Source: a virus. Taken from it: a stretch of 64,000 nucleotides of DNA. Positions 9,112-22,915 of this stretch are shown here, in pieces (the stretch's first letter is position 1; every line of letters starts with the position of its first letter). The position numbers and the translations under genes are program-made. Below the pieces are notes generated by a model. It saw only the letters and a program-made list of their open reading frames with translations. It was not told the DNA's origin and ran no database searches. The stretch is taken from IMG/VR virus record IMGVR_UViG_3300045988_035499; one strand, written 5' to 3'.

Positions 9112-12100
9112 TTATTCACATTCTTTTTTACGTTTCTTACCCATTTCAGCGAGATAAGTCATATCTACCACATCTTCAGTAATATCCATGTTGAAAGCTT
9201 CATTTGCAATAGAAGAAGTATCTACATTAGCAAAAGGATCTTCCGTTTCTTGTGAGAATTGTTCTTGCATATCAGAGAATATATCTAACTATTCATTTAT
9301 GATGTCCATAGCTTCAGATCCATCAAATGATTCTTCTAAACTAACATTGACAAAGTCTGATACATCTGTTTCATCATACACTACATTATCTTCAGATAAC
9401 GGATCTATATTAAAGGTAGTATCTACTACTTGCGTATCAGATACATCACCTTCTATTTGCTTCTATGTTCCGTTTATTTTTACCTAAATATTATCTGAAC
9501 TAAGAGGTATAAACTGTTTAGTAAATCTACTTTCATCCTTTAATTTAGGTAATTTAACTCTAGACATTGCAGTTTCTGCTATAACACTATCGTCAGTTAA
9601 TACATTTTCATCAAACGCATTCTAATCAAAAGCTGATATATCCAAACCACCTTTTGCAAATTCATTAACTCTAAATCCATTTTCTTTAATACCTAATTTA
9701 GGTATTCTCTTATAGATTAGTTTAGCTCCTCTTTTACTCTTCTTACCTTCATCATTTACATAAGCTATTTCGCCAATTAATTGATATAATTGGATTGAAG
9801 CATTATATCCGGAACCATTATTTACAGTTATGAATTCTGCTCTTCTAGTTCTATAGTGAGGAACAGCAAAGCTATCATACATTGTAATAGCTTTTCCTCC
9901 AATATTACTTCTAGATTTAGACAATACAATATCATAATCACTACTCTTAGAACGGTCTTCCTATTGTTGTTGGAAAGGATCGTTACTATTAGGTTTAAGA
10001 TTAATGTTATACTTAGGAACTATGTTAGGGTCATCCCACATGTTTCTAGCTATAGTCAATCTAATAGAAGGGAAACTCATAGATTGAGGATCATCACCAG
10101 TTTGAGCTATAGAACTATATCCAGATACATCTCCTCCATTTTTAAATTGGTCTAATACTTCTTTAATATTAGATACATAACCATTATCAATCTTATATTG
10201 AATAGGAACTAAATGGAAGAACGCATTTACTCCTCTTTCATCATAAGAAGTATAATATGCATATTTAACCAAATCTTCTGCAAATTCTCTAACTACATCA
10301 TCAGTATCTTCAAGTAATTGAGCAAAAGCAGATATTAACTGGTTCTCCCTATCATAGTCGTTATTCATTGATGATTCAGATAGAATAATTCTGTCTACAT
10401 TCTGCCCTTCTAAGCCATCTGCTGGATATTCCTATAAATAATTTAATAACTCATTCTTTATAGTTCCATCTTGATTAATAAGATGTGGGAAAGCATCTTT
10501 GTTAAGTAACAGATATCTTTTAAGTTTGGTCAATCTAGAACACATTGTATTCTTACCTACAAACATACCTATAAATTGATCATCCGTCATTTTAAGGAAG
10601 TCAGTATTAGAAGTAGCTCTAGCTCTAATTATACTATCGATCATTCTATTTATATTCTGAACAAACTTCTTATCACCCTGGTGTTTATAGGATATTAAAT
10701 CATTACCATCTGTACCTTTAATGATATCTCCTCCTACAATATTACCCATTACTGAATTAAATATATTCTAGTAAGTCCAAGTTGCAGGGAATGTTTGACT
10801 CTTAAGAATCTTTCTAGCTATAGTAGTAGCATTATATAACTTCTTACTTAAGAATGTATTACTAAAGTAATACTTTAAAGCATCATCTACTTCCTTACCT
10901 TTTATTTCAAATACTCCAGAATTATCATATATGAACGTTTGATATGAATTCACAAAGTTTAACTATAGTGCAAGATTGTTACCAAACTTCTTAGTATCAA
11001 TCTGAGATCTATGTACTAATTCACTAAGTGTTTTAGCATCCATACTTAATTCTTTATAAGCATGTAATACAATAATCTATTGATATAAGAATGGCAAATT
11101 GTCCTATTTTCTATTCTTTAAAGCGTATATAAGACTAGATTCATCAAATACCTATGTCTTATCTATTACTTCACTCTTTATTCCAGGATATGCAGAGTAC
11201 CCAATTTCTTCAGCTAAGCCATTATATTTAGCTTTCCAATTTTGTTTACTTTCACCTTCTGGCAGAGCATCTATAGCTTCCTTAAGTAACCTACCATACA
11301 CATTGTATAATCCGGTTATTATCTAGTTTTCCTACAGATTCTCAGCACCATATACTCCTTTACTATTGATAACTCTATTGGATAACTCTTTTAATATAGG
11401 TTGAGCTAAGAAATAGAAAGTATTCTTACCTTTACCACCTCTAAGTAATAGATTAGTCATATTATAAGTAACCTAGTTAACATTTAAAGCAATGATGTAA
11501 GGGTCTTTAGCAACGTCTACGTGAGCATTAATCATAGCAGATAACCAGTCAAGGATTCTAAATCCATCTTGACCTTTAATAGCATCTAAGTCTCCTAACT
11601 AATATACATTACTATGACTATATATCATATTAAGATGCATTAACTATGTTAATACATGGTTAGTAGAGTTAAGAGCAAAAGGAGCAATACCAGCTTTACC
11701 ACTAGTATACTCTTCTTTTCTAGATTCCTAGAATGAAGGTAATAATTCATAGAAAGGATCTGCTTCTTGTTTACTAGAACTTGATATTAACGGTAATACA
11801 TCATCTTGTAGCATACCAGTAAGAGTATCAATAGACGCTCTAGTCTCAGCCATATTCTTAGTATCTGATACTACTAATTGATAATTCTGTATTATCATAT
11901 TCTGTAACGCTTCAGGACTTTGCTCGCTTACTTTATCATTAGTATATTGAACTATATTTCCATCTGTATCGTAATTCAACATGGCAATATACAATTTATC
12001 AACGTCGAAGTCAGAACCAGTCATGGCTGTAAATTCATCTGGAACTACTATAGTATCACTGAATCTATCAGGAAGTACATCTACTACTTTAAATGAGAAA

Positions 12101-15100
12101 GTAGAAGACAAACCCTGAGTAGGGATACGATAACCAATACCTTGTGGAATAGAATTAGTGCCAATTACATTGTGATCAGTCAACCATTTCTTCATAGTTC
12201 CATAAGAAGTCTGATACTCTTTTGGTACTATATGTCTAAAGAAATTAGTACTCAAAATAACATCCATACTTCCATCTTTATTCAGGAATCTAAGTTTATT
12301 ACCGCCATTAAATGCGCCATTTAACTCTGATTCTTTCATTCTAGCATCGGTTGCTTTTAAACCAAATGAAGACATCTGAATAGCAGAACCACCAGGAGTA
12401 TTAATATCTACTACTTCTTTATTTATAAATGAGATAATTCTACTTTCAATCCATTGTCTACTGCTCTGAGCTGCTAATGGGACAAGTATATTACCATCCT
12501 AATCAAGAGTAAGACCTTTAACAAACTCATCAGACATACCAGAGCTAACAGCCTAACTAACTAAATAGTCCGATAAAGCCTTATTATTCAGTTTACCTTT
12601 ATGGAAGAATCTCTTAATTATTCTCTTATAACCTATGTCAGATAACTAATTGATAGCATCCATAGTCTAAGTCTTAATCTGTTGACCTGTCTTAGTAGCA
12701 GCTTTATTAGCACCATATACTCGGTCGTCTATAAGGTTACCTAAACATATTTTAACAGCCTAAGTACCAAATGAACGGTCGATATGTTCATGTGGATCTG
12801 TATTCAACTGTAAACGTAAATTACGAATATCCTAAACAAATACAGGTAAATCTCCTTCTTTCTTAGTAAGATTAAAGGATTTTTTATTTAAACCCTCTAC
12901 ATTAAAATGTTCATTCTTAGGTCCTTCGTAAGCCTCAAATTTAGTTCTACCACCAACCTTAACAGCAGATTCAAAAGTAACCATATCAATTACTCCTAGG
13001 TCTTCATTATTCATGCGGTCGTATAAAACTTTATTGTCAGCTTTAGCTATTACTTTGAATAATGGGAACATAGCCATCTTATCAAATACGGGAACATTCA
13101 GATTTATATCACTTTCTCTATGGTCCCCAAAGTATACCATCTTTAAAGGCTTAACTACAAGAGCCAAAGTTTTCTGATATAACTCTGGTTTATTCATCCA
13201 TGATTCATCTCCTCCTTCCATTATTTGATAAGCTTCTTCGATAGCATCACTCCATTGTCCTAAAGCTTTCATAATACGCCTATACATAGCAGGACGAATA
13301 TATACAGCAGCGTCAGATTGATTGATATTACCACCTACGATATTTCCTTTATCGTCTCTTCTAAAGTCATACGGTCTAGCGCTAGCATTAGTATAACTAT
13401 CTACGAATTCTTTTTGATTCTTAGTGAGAGAATTATAGAAAGCGTCTTCTTTCTATTTAGTAGATAAAGCTTCTATTATAGCGTTGTCACTTAAACCAGG
13501 ATTCGCTTCACTATATAAGTCACGTAAAATAGAGTTTCGGAATATGCTTTTTAATTCATTATAATAATCAGAACCAAGCATATTATCGGCTAAATGCATT
13601 ACAGTTACTTTGGTATCGTTTTCAGTAGGATTGCCCCAAACAGTTCTAAGATTAGTACCAGTTGATAATACTGAAGACAAACGTTTAGTCTTATCTACGT
13701 CCTTGCCAGTTATTATATCGAAAGTCTAGTTAAAATGTCCTTCTTTAGTAACTTTATATCTCTTGGTTTTTCTACGTTTCCACTTATAATATGCAGGGTC
13801 TCCAGTAAAACATTTCTCTACTTCCATAATAGAAATAGCCTAATTAGCTACATGTGATCCAATTATAGAGAATAATATATCTTGATTTTTAAGATCAGCC
13901 TATTCAGAAGTATACAACTTATTATCTACTTGGGACTCATAATAGCCGAATATATTGTTAGGTATTAGTTTATTAACATACTATCCGTTTGAATATCCTA
14001 GTATACCTCTTCTGACAAGAGCTCGCATCTCCCTCTAAGTAGCGTGCAATAACAAATGATTTATTGCAGAGAATATAGGAGCATCAGGTTCTATGACTTC
14101 TTTATAATTAGGTTTTGGTGTACCTAGTAGCAATACCTTCAAATCCGACAAATACTTCTGAACTTCCTCTGTAGTACCATATTGTTCTAATCTAGCCAGA
14201 TCTTGGTTAATGTTTACGACATCTTCACCTAGTCTTAATTTAGTAAAATACCTGAATCTACCTCCGTTGCCAGTATGATCCATCTTACCATTCTTGATCT
14301 TTCCGTGATAATTATCTACTCTTAAAGTAGGATGTTGCGCAATATAGTCTTTTTTCTAGAAATAATCCCATACAGCATTAAACTCATCTAACCAGTAATT
14401 AGCAAATATATTAAGAGTACCTTGACTAAATCTTCTTTCTCCTATGTAAGTAGAATTTTCAGCTGTTAAATCTTCTCCAACAATAGCTGCGTAATTAGCT
14501 TCTCCTTCATCAGTATATTTACTGGTAAGAATATCTTTTACCATTTTGATACCTGATATACTATACCAAGTCTTCTTATCAGACATAGTGGGTAATATTA
14601 TTCTATCGTTAAAAGTAAGAGTAAGCTTAGCAATATAATCTTCAACAGGAGTAATACCGAAATAATCTCTACTAGATTCATCTATATCCAGTGCTAAGAA
14701 AGTGTGCAATTTAAATTTAGTATTCTTAGCATTAGCTATCAAACTATGTGCAGAGAATGGAGTACTTAATATCTATTGTTTCTTACCGTTAGCATCTTGA
14801 TTAATATTACGTATTTGATCTGTCATATAGTTATTCTCACTAATAGGATAAATCAATGCACCATCTGCTCCAACAACACTAAATTCTTGAGGAGAAGGAT
14901 GTACTTTACCATATGATATTGCCATAACAGCTATCTAACTGTTAGAATTTCTACCAAATGTAAACATTCTATCTAAAGTTCTAGAATATCCACCACTTGA
15001 TGTAGATTTTACACCTATATCTTTAGTTTCAGCTAGTTTAATTAAAGTAGCTAAAGTACCTTCATTAAATCTCTCTGTCTTACTAACTCCAGTACTCTTC

Positions 15101-18100
15101 CAGAAATTATATAGCTTATCAAATTCGGTAGCTCCGACATAGAAGTTATTAAGCATATAGTCTAATGCTAAGTTATCCATAGGAATAGATAAAGCATTGA
15201 ATACATCCAATAAAGTATCCTTTATTTCCTATATCTTAGTATCATCTACTGGTTTACCTTTCTTTATTCTATCACTTACTATTTTAAAAGTAGAACTTAA
15301 TTTACCTCTTCTATCTTTTAAGAATTTAGCAAATTCTGGTTTGATGAAAGGTCTACCGCTATCTGTTCTATCTATAGCATCAGATGCGAAGAACATGCCA
15401 GACCATCTAGCAGGAAGTCTACCTACTTTACGTAAATTATCACTATCTTCTACAACCCAATTAAATTTACTTAAGTTAGATTGTATTTCACTAGCTATTT
15501 CATCTTCAGACTTACCTCTTGTATTTACTTTAGGATGTTTAGTAGTAATAGTGTCTAATTGCACTTTAGAACTCTTTATAGTTATCTCTAACTAAGTTTT
15601 AGTATTATCAGATATAGGTGCTTCTTCCGAAGTAAGAATATCGTATAAAGATTTAAAGAAAGGAATAGTATTGCCTAAATTAGCACTTCTATCTATTATA
15701 TCCTGATACTTGTCTATATCCCATAAGTTCTCCATAATCTGATTCCATACGAAATTGAAATCTTCAGTTACAGGGAGTTGGAACATATCATCATGTACAG
15801 GGAATAACTCTTTAGTAATAACACCATTTTCTTCATTTTCAACGAATTGGTATTCATACTTAGGTATAGAGTAGAAGAATAATTTAGCTCTAAAGCTAAC
15901 GTTATCTTTCTTACTTACTTCACCCTGATTCTTATCCCAATTGTTTTCAGGCTGCTCTCCAGTCTCTACTTTTAATCTAGATTCTTCTTCGTTATCTACT
16001 TTTTCTACTTCTCTAATTCCTAATTGTTCTATCTTCTTGCGAACATATCTTGTAAATATATCTTTATTATTTACTATATCCTAAGCAATATCTACATATT
16101 CGTCAGATATCCAACCAAAGTCTATATTCTACTTTAATCTGTCAAACAATAAAGAAGTATTAAGATTATGAACATCCTCTATAGTCCTAATATTGAATAT
16201 AGATAACGCTCCACTAGTAAGAGAATTAACAGCATGATAGAATACATCTGGGTCAGTTATATGAGGTAATTTAGCTTCTTCTTCCTTTGATAAACCAGGT
16301 ATATAATAAGATAGACCTTCTGGTTTACGGCTATAGAAATCTTCTAATGCTTGCTTAGATGCTTTATAATCCTTAAACTAACCGTCATTTATACTCTTGA
16401 AAAAAGCTCTGATTATATTTCTATGAGAATTCCAGAAGTATAAGGTATTATATATCTTCTTAAAGATTCTAATAACATTGTACAATAAACCTTTACCGTT
16501 TTGATCCTTAGCATAATTACGGAATTCTTCAGCAAGAGCTTCTTCTGCCTAGTCTTTGGTAAGATTTCTAGCGCTTCTCTTAGATTTAGAATATTCTTGA
16601 TATAACTTAGTTCTCTATTGTTCACTCAATAACATTTGAGTTACATAGTGGAATGCTTCGTGATATTCTACACCTGCACCAGATTGTCTAGATAAAGATA
16701 TACGAGGTATTAATTCGTTAGATAATGCGTCCATTACTACGCTAAATAAACCATACGCCTCTTCGTTAGCTCCAAACTTAATCATTTGGTCTGTTACTAA
16801 TATTTGATCGCTATCTATACCTAACTTATCAAACAACCACTTCTTAGCAGAATCTTCATTAAACTTACCTCTACCTTTAATAGTTGATTTAAGACCACCT
16901 AAGAACTTAATTGGAGTAAGAGTAACTTCTCTTTTACCAGTCTTAGGATTGAGAACAATACCCCATTTAAGGTATTGACTTTCTTTCATACCATTATTAG
17001 GTATACTTAAACCGTATTTTTCAAGATTCTCAGGAGTAGCTCTTTCAGCAATCACAACTTTCTTACCACTAGCTGTCTTAGCTTGAGAAGGTTTACTTAC
17101 TTCTTCTATAACCTTATCTTGAGTATTAACAGTGGGTTTAGGTTTATCTTGTTGTTTCTATAATTCTTCTTTATTTATAGCAGCATCATCCGCATATATA
17201 AATGGAGCATAGAATGCATGTTCACCCAAATCTGTCTTTAATATTCCATTGTTAATAGCCCAAGTAATTACTAAAGGAGAATCAGATACTTTTTCAGCTT
17301 TACCATCCTTAAAAGTATAACCTATTTCTTTTAAAGAGAAAGTCAAATCTTTAGAGAATATAGGTATTCTACTGTTTTCATCTTTTACTAGATTAGGAGA
17401 ACTATTAGCTATAGATACTAATAAGTCTATAAATTCTTGAGGGAATTCAGACATCAGTACGTCCTTATCAGTATTCCAGTGTATATTCTATGAAATCTAG
17501 AATACTATTCTCCTCTTTTCAAAATCTGTTAAAGTAGCTAGATTAGTAAATTGTGTACTAAATCTCTTTTCAGTTCTAGGACCATCTTGAGTATATATAG
17601 TAGCATCCTCACTATGGTATCCGTTAACAAAGAATTTATTACCTTTATCGTCAGTATATATGCCTAATTGCTTTCTTACTAAGAAATTATATTTAATTCT
17701 TTCTACTCCTTCTAAACCGTTAGTAAATGTATTAGAACCACTATTAGCTAATAATGATAACAAGAAAGAATCAATTATCTTAGCATTAGAACCTCTTACT
17801 GATGTTTGCCCAGTAATAATATTAAATATTAACTCAGCAGTAGAAGGAGTAATTGGCTTTCCTTGCTCATCTACATTTTGAGTGCCGTCTGCATTGAAGG
17901 ATAATTTAACCTGCTCCGGATTATTTACTCCAGGTATTCTATGCAATTCCTCAGATAACATAATGGGTAATGTAGCAGTACCAGAAGGAGTGTTTTCAGG
18001 TTTAGGTATAAAGTATATTTTACCAGCATAACCTACACCTTGTGTTTCAGTCTTATCTCTAGTAAACATATCATCTATCGAGAAAGGATCAACACCAAAT

Positions 18101-21100
18101 GGACCAGTACCATATCCAAACTGAATATCTCCACTGGTTATTTGTTCAGACATAGCAATGGCATCTTCTGTAATACCAAAATCACTTACTTCGGTTAACT
18201 TTCTAAACTTTGGTAATCCAGCCTCATCTACTTGATTATCAAGCTGACCATTACTTATTCTTATCCCTACAGGTTTAACATGCTTTCTAGCCGTTAATGG
18301 TAATGTTTTAGTAGTAGAATATTCTGGAGCATAAGCCTTAATTATTTTAGCTCTCAATTCTCTTAACTTCTATATCTACTCATCTATTTCATCCTAAGTC
18401 ATTTCCGTATCTCTCATACGGTCATACTGACTCTAATTGATTGCTCTAACAGATGCATTATACAGTTTACCATCCTTCTCTATCATCACGTGAATAGCTA
18501 AATTATCTATAGCACTATCAAATGACATATCATGTTTAGAGGAAGTAACTACAAAGTATATATCATCAGCTGTTGATAACCATCCTGGAATAGCTAAATT
18601 AGCAGCTAATTCACTACCTGGTCTTCTATCAACCTTACCTCCATCTTTACCTATAAACTATACAGATTTACCAGCTACAGTAATAGGCATAACTTCATCT
18701 GTATTAGGTTGAAAGAAGAAAGTATTAGCTATATGTAATCTCCTGAATTTTTTTCTAGCAGATACCCAACCATTAGCTGATCTATTATAATATGAAGAAG
18801 GCCCTTGTAATCTGGAATCAAAATCATATGATTCTTCAAATGCTGATTGTTCTAATATATCTTGGTCATTTACTGGTATGCCGTTTTCGGGATTGCCATC
18901 AGGCATATATACTAGCTAATCATTCTAAGCATCATAAAAAATTTCATCAGATTTTGGAGTATCTTCTACTTCTGTAACATTTACTGGATTTTCTACTTGA
19001 GGAACAATATCTGAAGCTGCAGGAGTATCTTCTACTTTTGTTACTGTAGGCTATTCCGCAGACCCTTCCTCTTCATCCTATGTTGATTCTTCAGCAGGAG
19101 CAAATTGAGTATCATCTACTTCTTCCTACTGTTCTTGAGATTCTTCAGCAGTAGAATCATCTGTCTGCTACTCTTCTACTTCTTCAGCAATATCTGTAGG
19201 TTCTACCGATGTAACTTCTTCAGCTGGATTCTACATCTATACTTCATCTTCTATATCTTGATTAGTATTAGTAACGCCATCCATCTCCACATCAGCTTCT
19301 ACCTCATCCACACTTACTCTATCTTGTAAAGGAGAACCTTCTATAGCTTCCTCTAACATGTTTAGTTGATCTTCTAGACTACTTATCTCCTATTCAGCTA
19401 CCTATACGTCTGGTATAGTAACTTCTTCCACTTCATCCATAGGAGCAACCTCTGGAGCTTTTGTTTCCGTATTAGGAGTTCCTTGTTCTATATCTGCCAA
19501 ATTACCAGTATCTTCGGCTATCTCTTCTCTACTTACTTGCTCTTGATCTTTTTTACGCTGTAAATCTTTCTGAATAACAGACATAGCTCTTTTACGCTGT
19601 ACTACATCCTAGTCAGCAAGTTTATCGTCTTTACTCCATTCTTCATTTACAGAGTCATCATAGTCCTATATAATCTATTCAGAAGTTCTAGTCTTACCGT
19701 TGATTCTATCAGCCTACATTTGAGTAGTAAGTATTTGCTTCTACTGTTCTTCAGTAAGATTATTATAAGTAGGTTTATATAATCTAGTATCTCCTACATA
19801 CTTTCCAGTAGTATAAGCTAAAGCATGAGCAAATAAATCAGCTCTAGCTCCATCGTTAACGTACTTACTTACAGTAGCTACAGATAATTGATCTGCAAAA
19901 GGAATAGTTAAACCAAGGTCAATAACTTGTTCTCCTACTTCTTCTCCTAAGAATCGCTGTATAACTGGTTTGCGTTCCTTTATTTGAGATTCTACATACT
20001 TTATAATACCAGATATACCATCTACATTTACATCTAAATTCTTATCCTCTTTTAGTCTTTGTAAATCTTGCTTTCTAGAATTAAGTTCATCTCTAAGAGT
20101 AAGTAAGTCATTGTAATCTTGAACAGCAACCATTCTGCCCATGAATTCATTAGCATACTCTTCTTCAGATAGTACATTTCTTTCACCCAGTAATTGGTCT
20201 ACATATTCAGATAATTCCTTTTTACTTCTAGAACTAATATCAGATGCAGGTAAATCATCAACTATCTGTCTTCTTCTATCACTACGTTTTTTATCATAAC
20301 GAGCTAAGTAATCTGAATAATGCTGTTTTATTTCTTCTTTTAAGTCAGCATCCTCTCTTATTTTCTGAATAATGCTTTCTATTTCTCTAGTAGATGCTTC
20401 AGATGCTTCACTAGCATTCTTCAATCTATCTTGAATAGATACAGCATTTTTTACTACATATATAAAGTCATTACTGTTTATTCCTAGTTCATCAGTTATA
20501 CTACGTAAAGGCTTATTGTTAGATAATCTTTCTATGTTATTTACTAATCTTATGTCTTCATCAATCATTTCATTAGTAACACCTTCAGGTTTAAATTTAT
20601 CCTTAAGCGTTTCTAAGTTATTGATTATTCTAGAATAACCTTTTCTTCCATCAGAACTAGCAGCATTCATAAACTGCTCTACTTTGTTTTGTCTTTCGGC
20701 ATTACCATAACCATCGGCTATGTAACCTCTTAGGTTACTATCTGTAAGATATTGAGCAGTAGCACTATACACATCAGGTGAACTAAATACTCCAGACATA
20801 AATAATCCAGTAAATCCACCTATATCCATAGACCTACGTAAGTCAGCGTCACCATTCAAATTCTCATCTGGATGAATGCCATAGTATGCCATATGGGCTT
20901 CTCCTGCTAATTTTAAAGCATTTGCAGCCCCCCACAATAGACTATAATCTCCAGCATTATCATACTTACCAGTTCTGTAATAATTACTTACTACTCCCTG
21001 TTGACCTTCTTCAGTCTTTTCCATGAAGTAAGAAACACCTAATTTCTTACCAATATTAGTGAGATTACTTATAGCATTGTATGCTCTAGTTTTACCTCCA

Positions 21101-22911
21101 GGAGTTTTCCAAGCTTTATCTACAGCTCTAGCAATAGTACGATCTATAATACCATCAGCTGCTGCATATAAATCATCCTTGCGTAATCTATCAGTTACAG
21201 CAGTTTCTAAGTTAGATGATATACTACGATTACCTACAGCTCTTTTAGCAGCTTTCTGTAAACCAAAGTAGTTCTTCATATATGAACCACCAAACATAAA
21301 CATACCTTGAGCTAAGTCAGATAACATTAAAGCTTGATTAGTCTGTCTAACTGCATCTAGACCTTTCTGAGAATCATTTACTAACTGATTAAAATTAGCA
21401 TCAGGAGTGATTATATTCTGAGATAAAGCGTTCTCTAATACTTCATAATCTGTCATTTCAGAAGTATCAAAACCTCTAGCTTTTAATTGTTCATCAGCTG
21501 ATTGTATTACACTAGGAAAATTAATTCTCATCTAATCTGCACCTTCTAGTACTCTCTACTTGAACGAATCAAATACTTCAGCTTGAGTTTCTGAATTACG
21601 AGTGTAATTAGTAATAGCAGCTTGAGTAGCTAATTCTGCAGCACCAATCAGTAAAGGAGCAGTACCGCCAGAACCTGCTGCCATAGCAGCTTTAGATGCC
21701 CATTTAGCAGCCATACTAGTACCAAATTGTCCTAACATAGCTCCAAATTCAGAATAACTGGTACCCAATTCTGGTAAGGCATAGACCCAAGATTCTGGAT
21801 TAAATGCAGATATCTAATTACTTTCCTGTTTTTCTCTGAATTCTGGGGATATTTTACTAGGATCGTATAACCAATTGCCATGTTTCAAAGTATGTATCAT
21901 GCTTTGTATCTGTTGATTCTTATCGTCTAAACGTGATTTTGCAACCCTTTCAGCGCTATTGAGTAGTTCAAGCTACTTTGATAAATTGTTGTCCTAATTT
22001 TTACTACTCCACATGTATTCTATCTGGTCTGGAGATAACTAATGAGTTCTTCCAAATATAGCATCGTTTATACCATCATTGGCTAGTAAATGTTTAAAGT
22101 TGTTTCCAGGATTAATATCGTACATATAATCCTCTGCCAACCAGTCAAAACTATAATATTTCCACAAATCCGCAATAGAACTAAACTTATCAGTACTAAA
22201 TAGCTTGCCTGGTCTAGTTTCATAGAATATATCCTATAGATAAGGGTTAGTTCTAGCTAAGTCTTTTAAACCAGGCTAATGATATATAACATTACCATTC
22301 TGATCTAATTGATTTACTCCATTCTCTATGTTCCTAATACTGTTCTATAATTCAATTATTCTATTCTGTGCTGCTTGAATTTGTGTAGGAGTCCAATTTG
22401 TTGCAGTATTAATATTTCTCTACAGATCAACAAGTTCTTGTTTGCTTAATAGATAATTCTTAGCTAAATTAATAGAATTCAGATAATTAGCTTCTCCTTC
22501 TCTGACTTCATTCTATAATCTACTTAACTTAGATTGATCCTTTTTCTCCATAAAACTACGATATACATCTAAAGCTTTAATGTTTCCATCCTTCTCTGCT
22601 TTATTGTACAAACGATCTAATATCCTAATACTATTAGAATTAGGATCTACTTCTTCAGTAGTTTGAAGTAACTCTGGCATACGTCTGGATGTCCACCAAT
22701 TATATGTATCTTCAGCCTCGGCAGAATTATCTTTAGTTACTTCGTTATTGTAGTTTATATCGCTTTCTCTGTCTTCCAACTTTCTTTGGTAATAGTCTGA
22801 CCTAGAATCGTAAGAATACCCATAATCACCTTGTAAGGTGTATTTAGGGTATTCACTAACGAGACTACTTTCTGTATCTTTACCTAGAGTATAGTTCTAT
22901 TGTCTACTCAT
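9112..22911 (-). CDS. giant fusion protein (4599 aa) containing a crAss-type virion RNA polymerase module (DFDVD) plus a zincin motif; TAG read as sense
   Basis: All track fragments from 22513-22779 down to 9622-9924 share one frame. Every gap was scanned and holds only TAG interruptions (about 74). The motif GYRIPTQGLSS...TGSDFDVDKLY (DFDVD at 11998-12012) parallels the beta-prime RxPTLH...NADFDGD motif. HEAFH lies at 16648-16662. An acidic low-complexity stretch spans about 18907-19400, and a Gly/Ala hydrophobic segment about 21556-21768. Bounded by ATG 22911 and TAA 9112. Confidence 0.75.
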
Positions 22912-22915
22912 AATA

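Noticed and set aside
16413-16625. Minus-strand 70-aa ORF in a different frame from its neighbours
   Set aside because: It overlaps the continuous 4599-codon frame, which stays open across this interval with only TAG interruptions.
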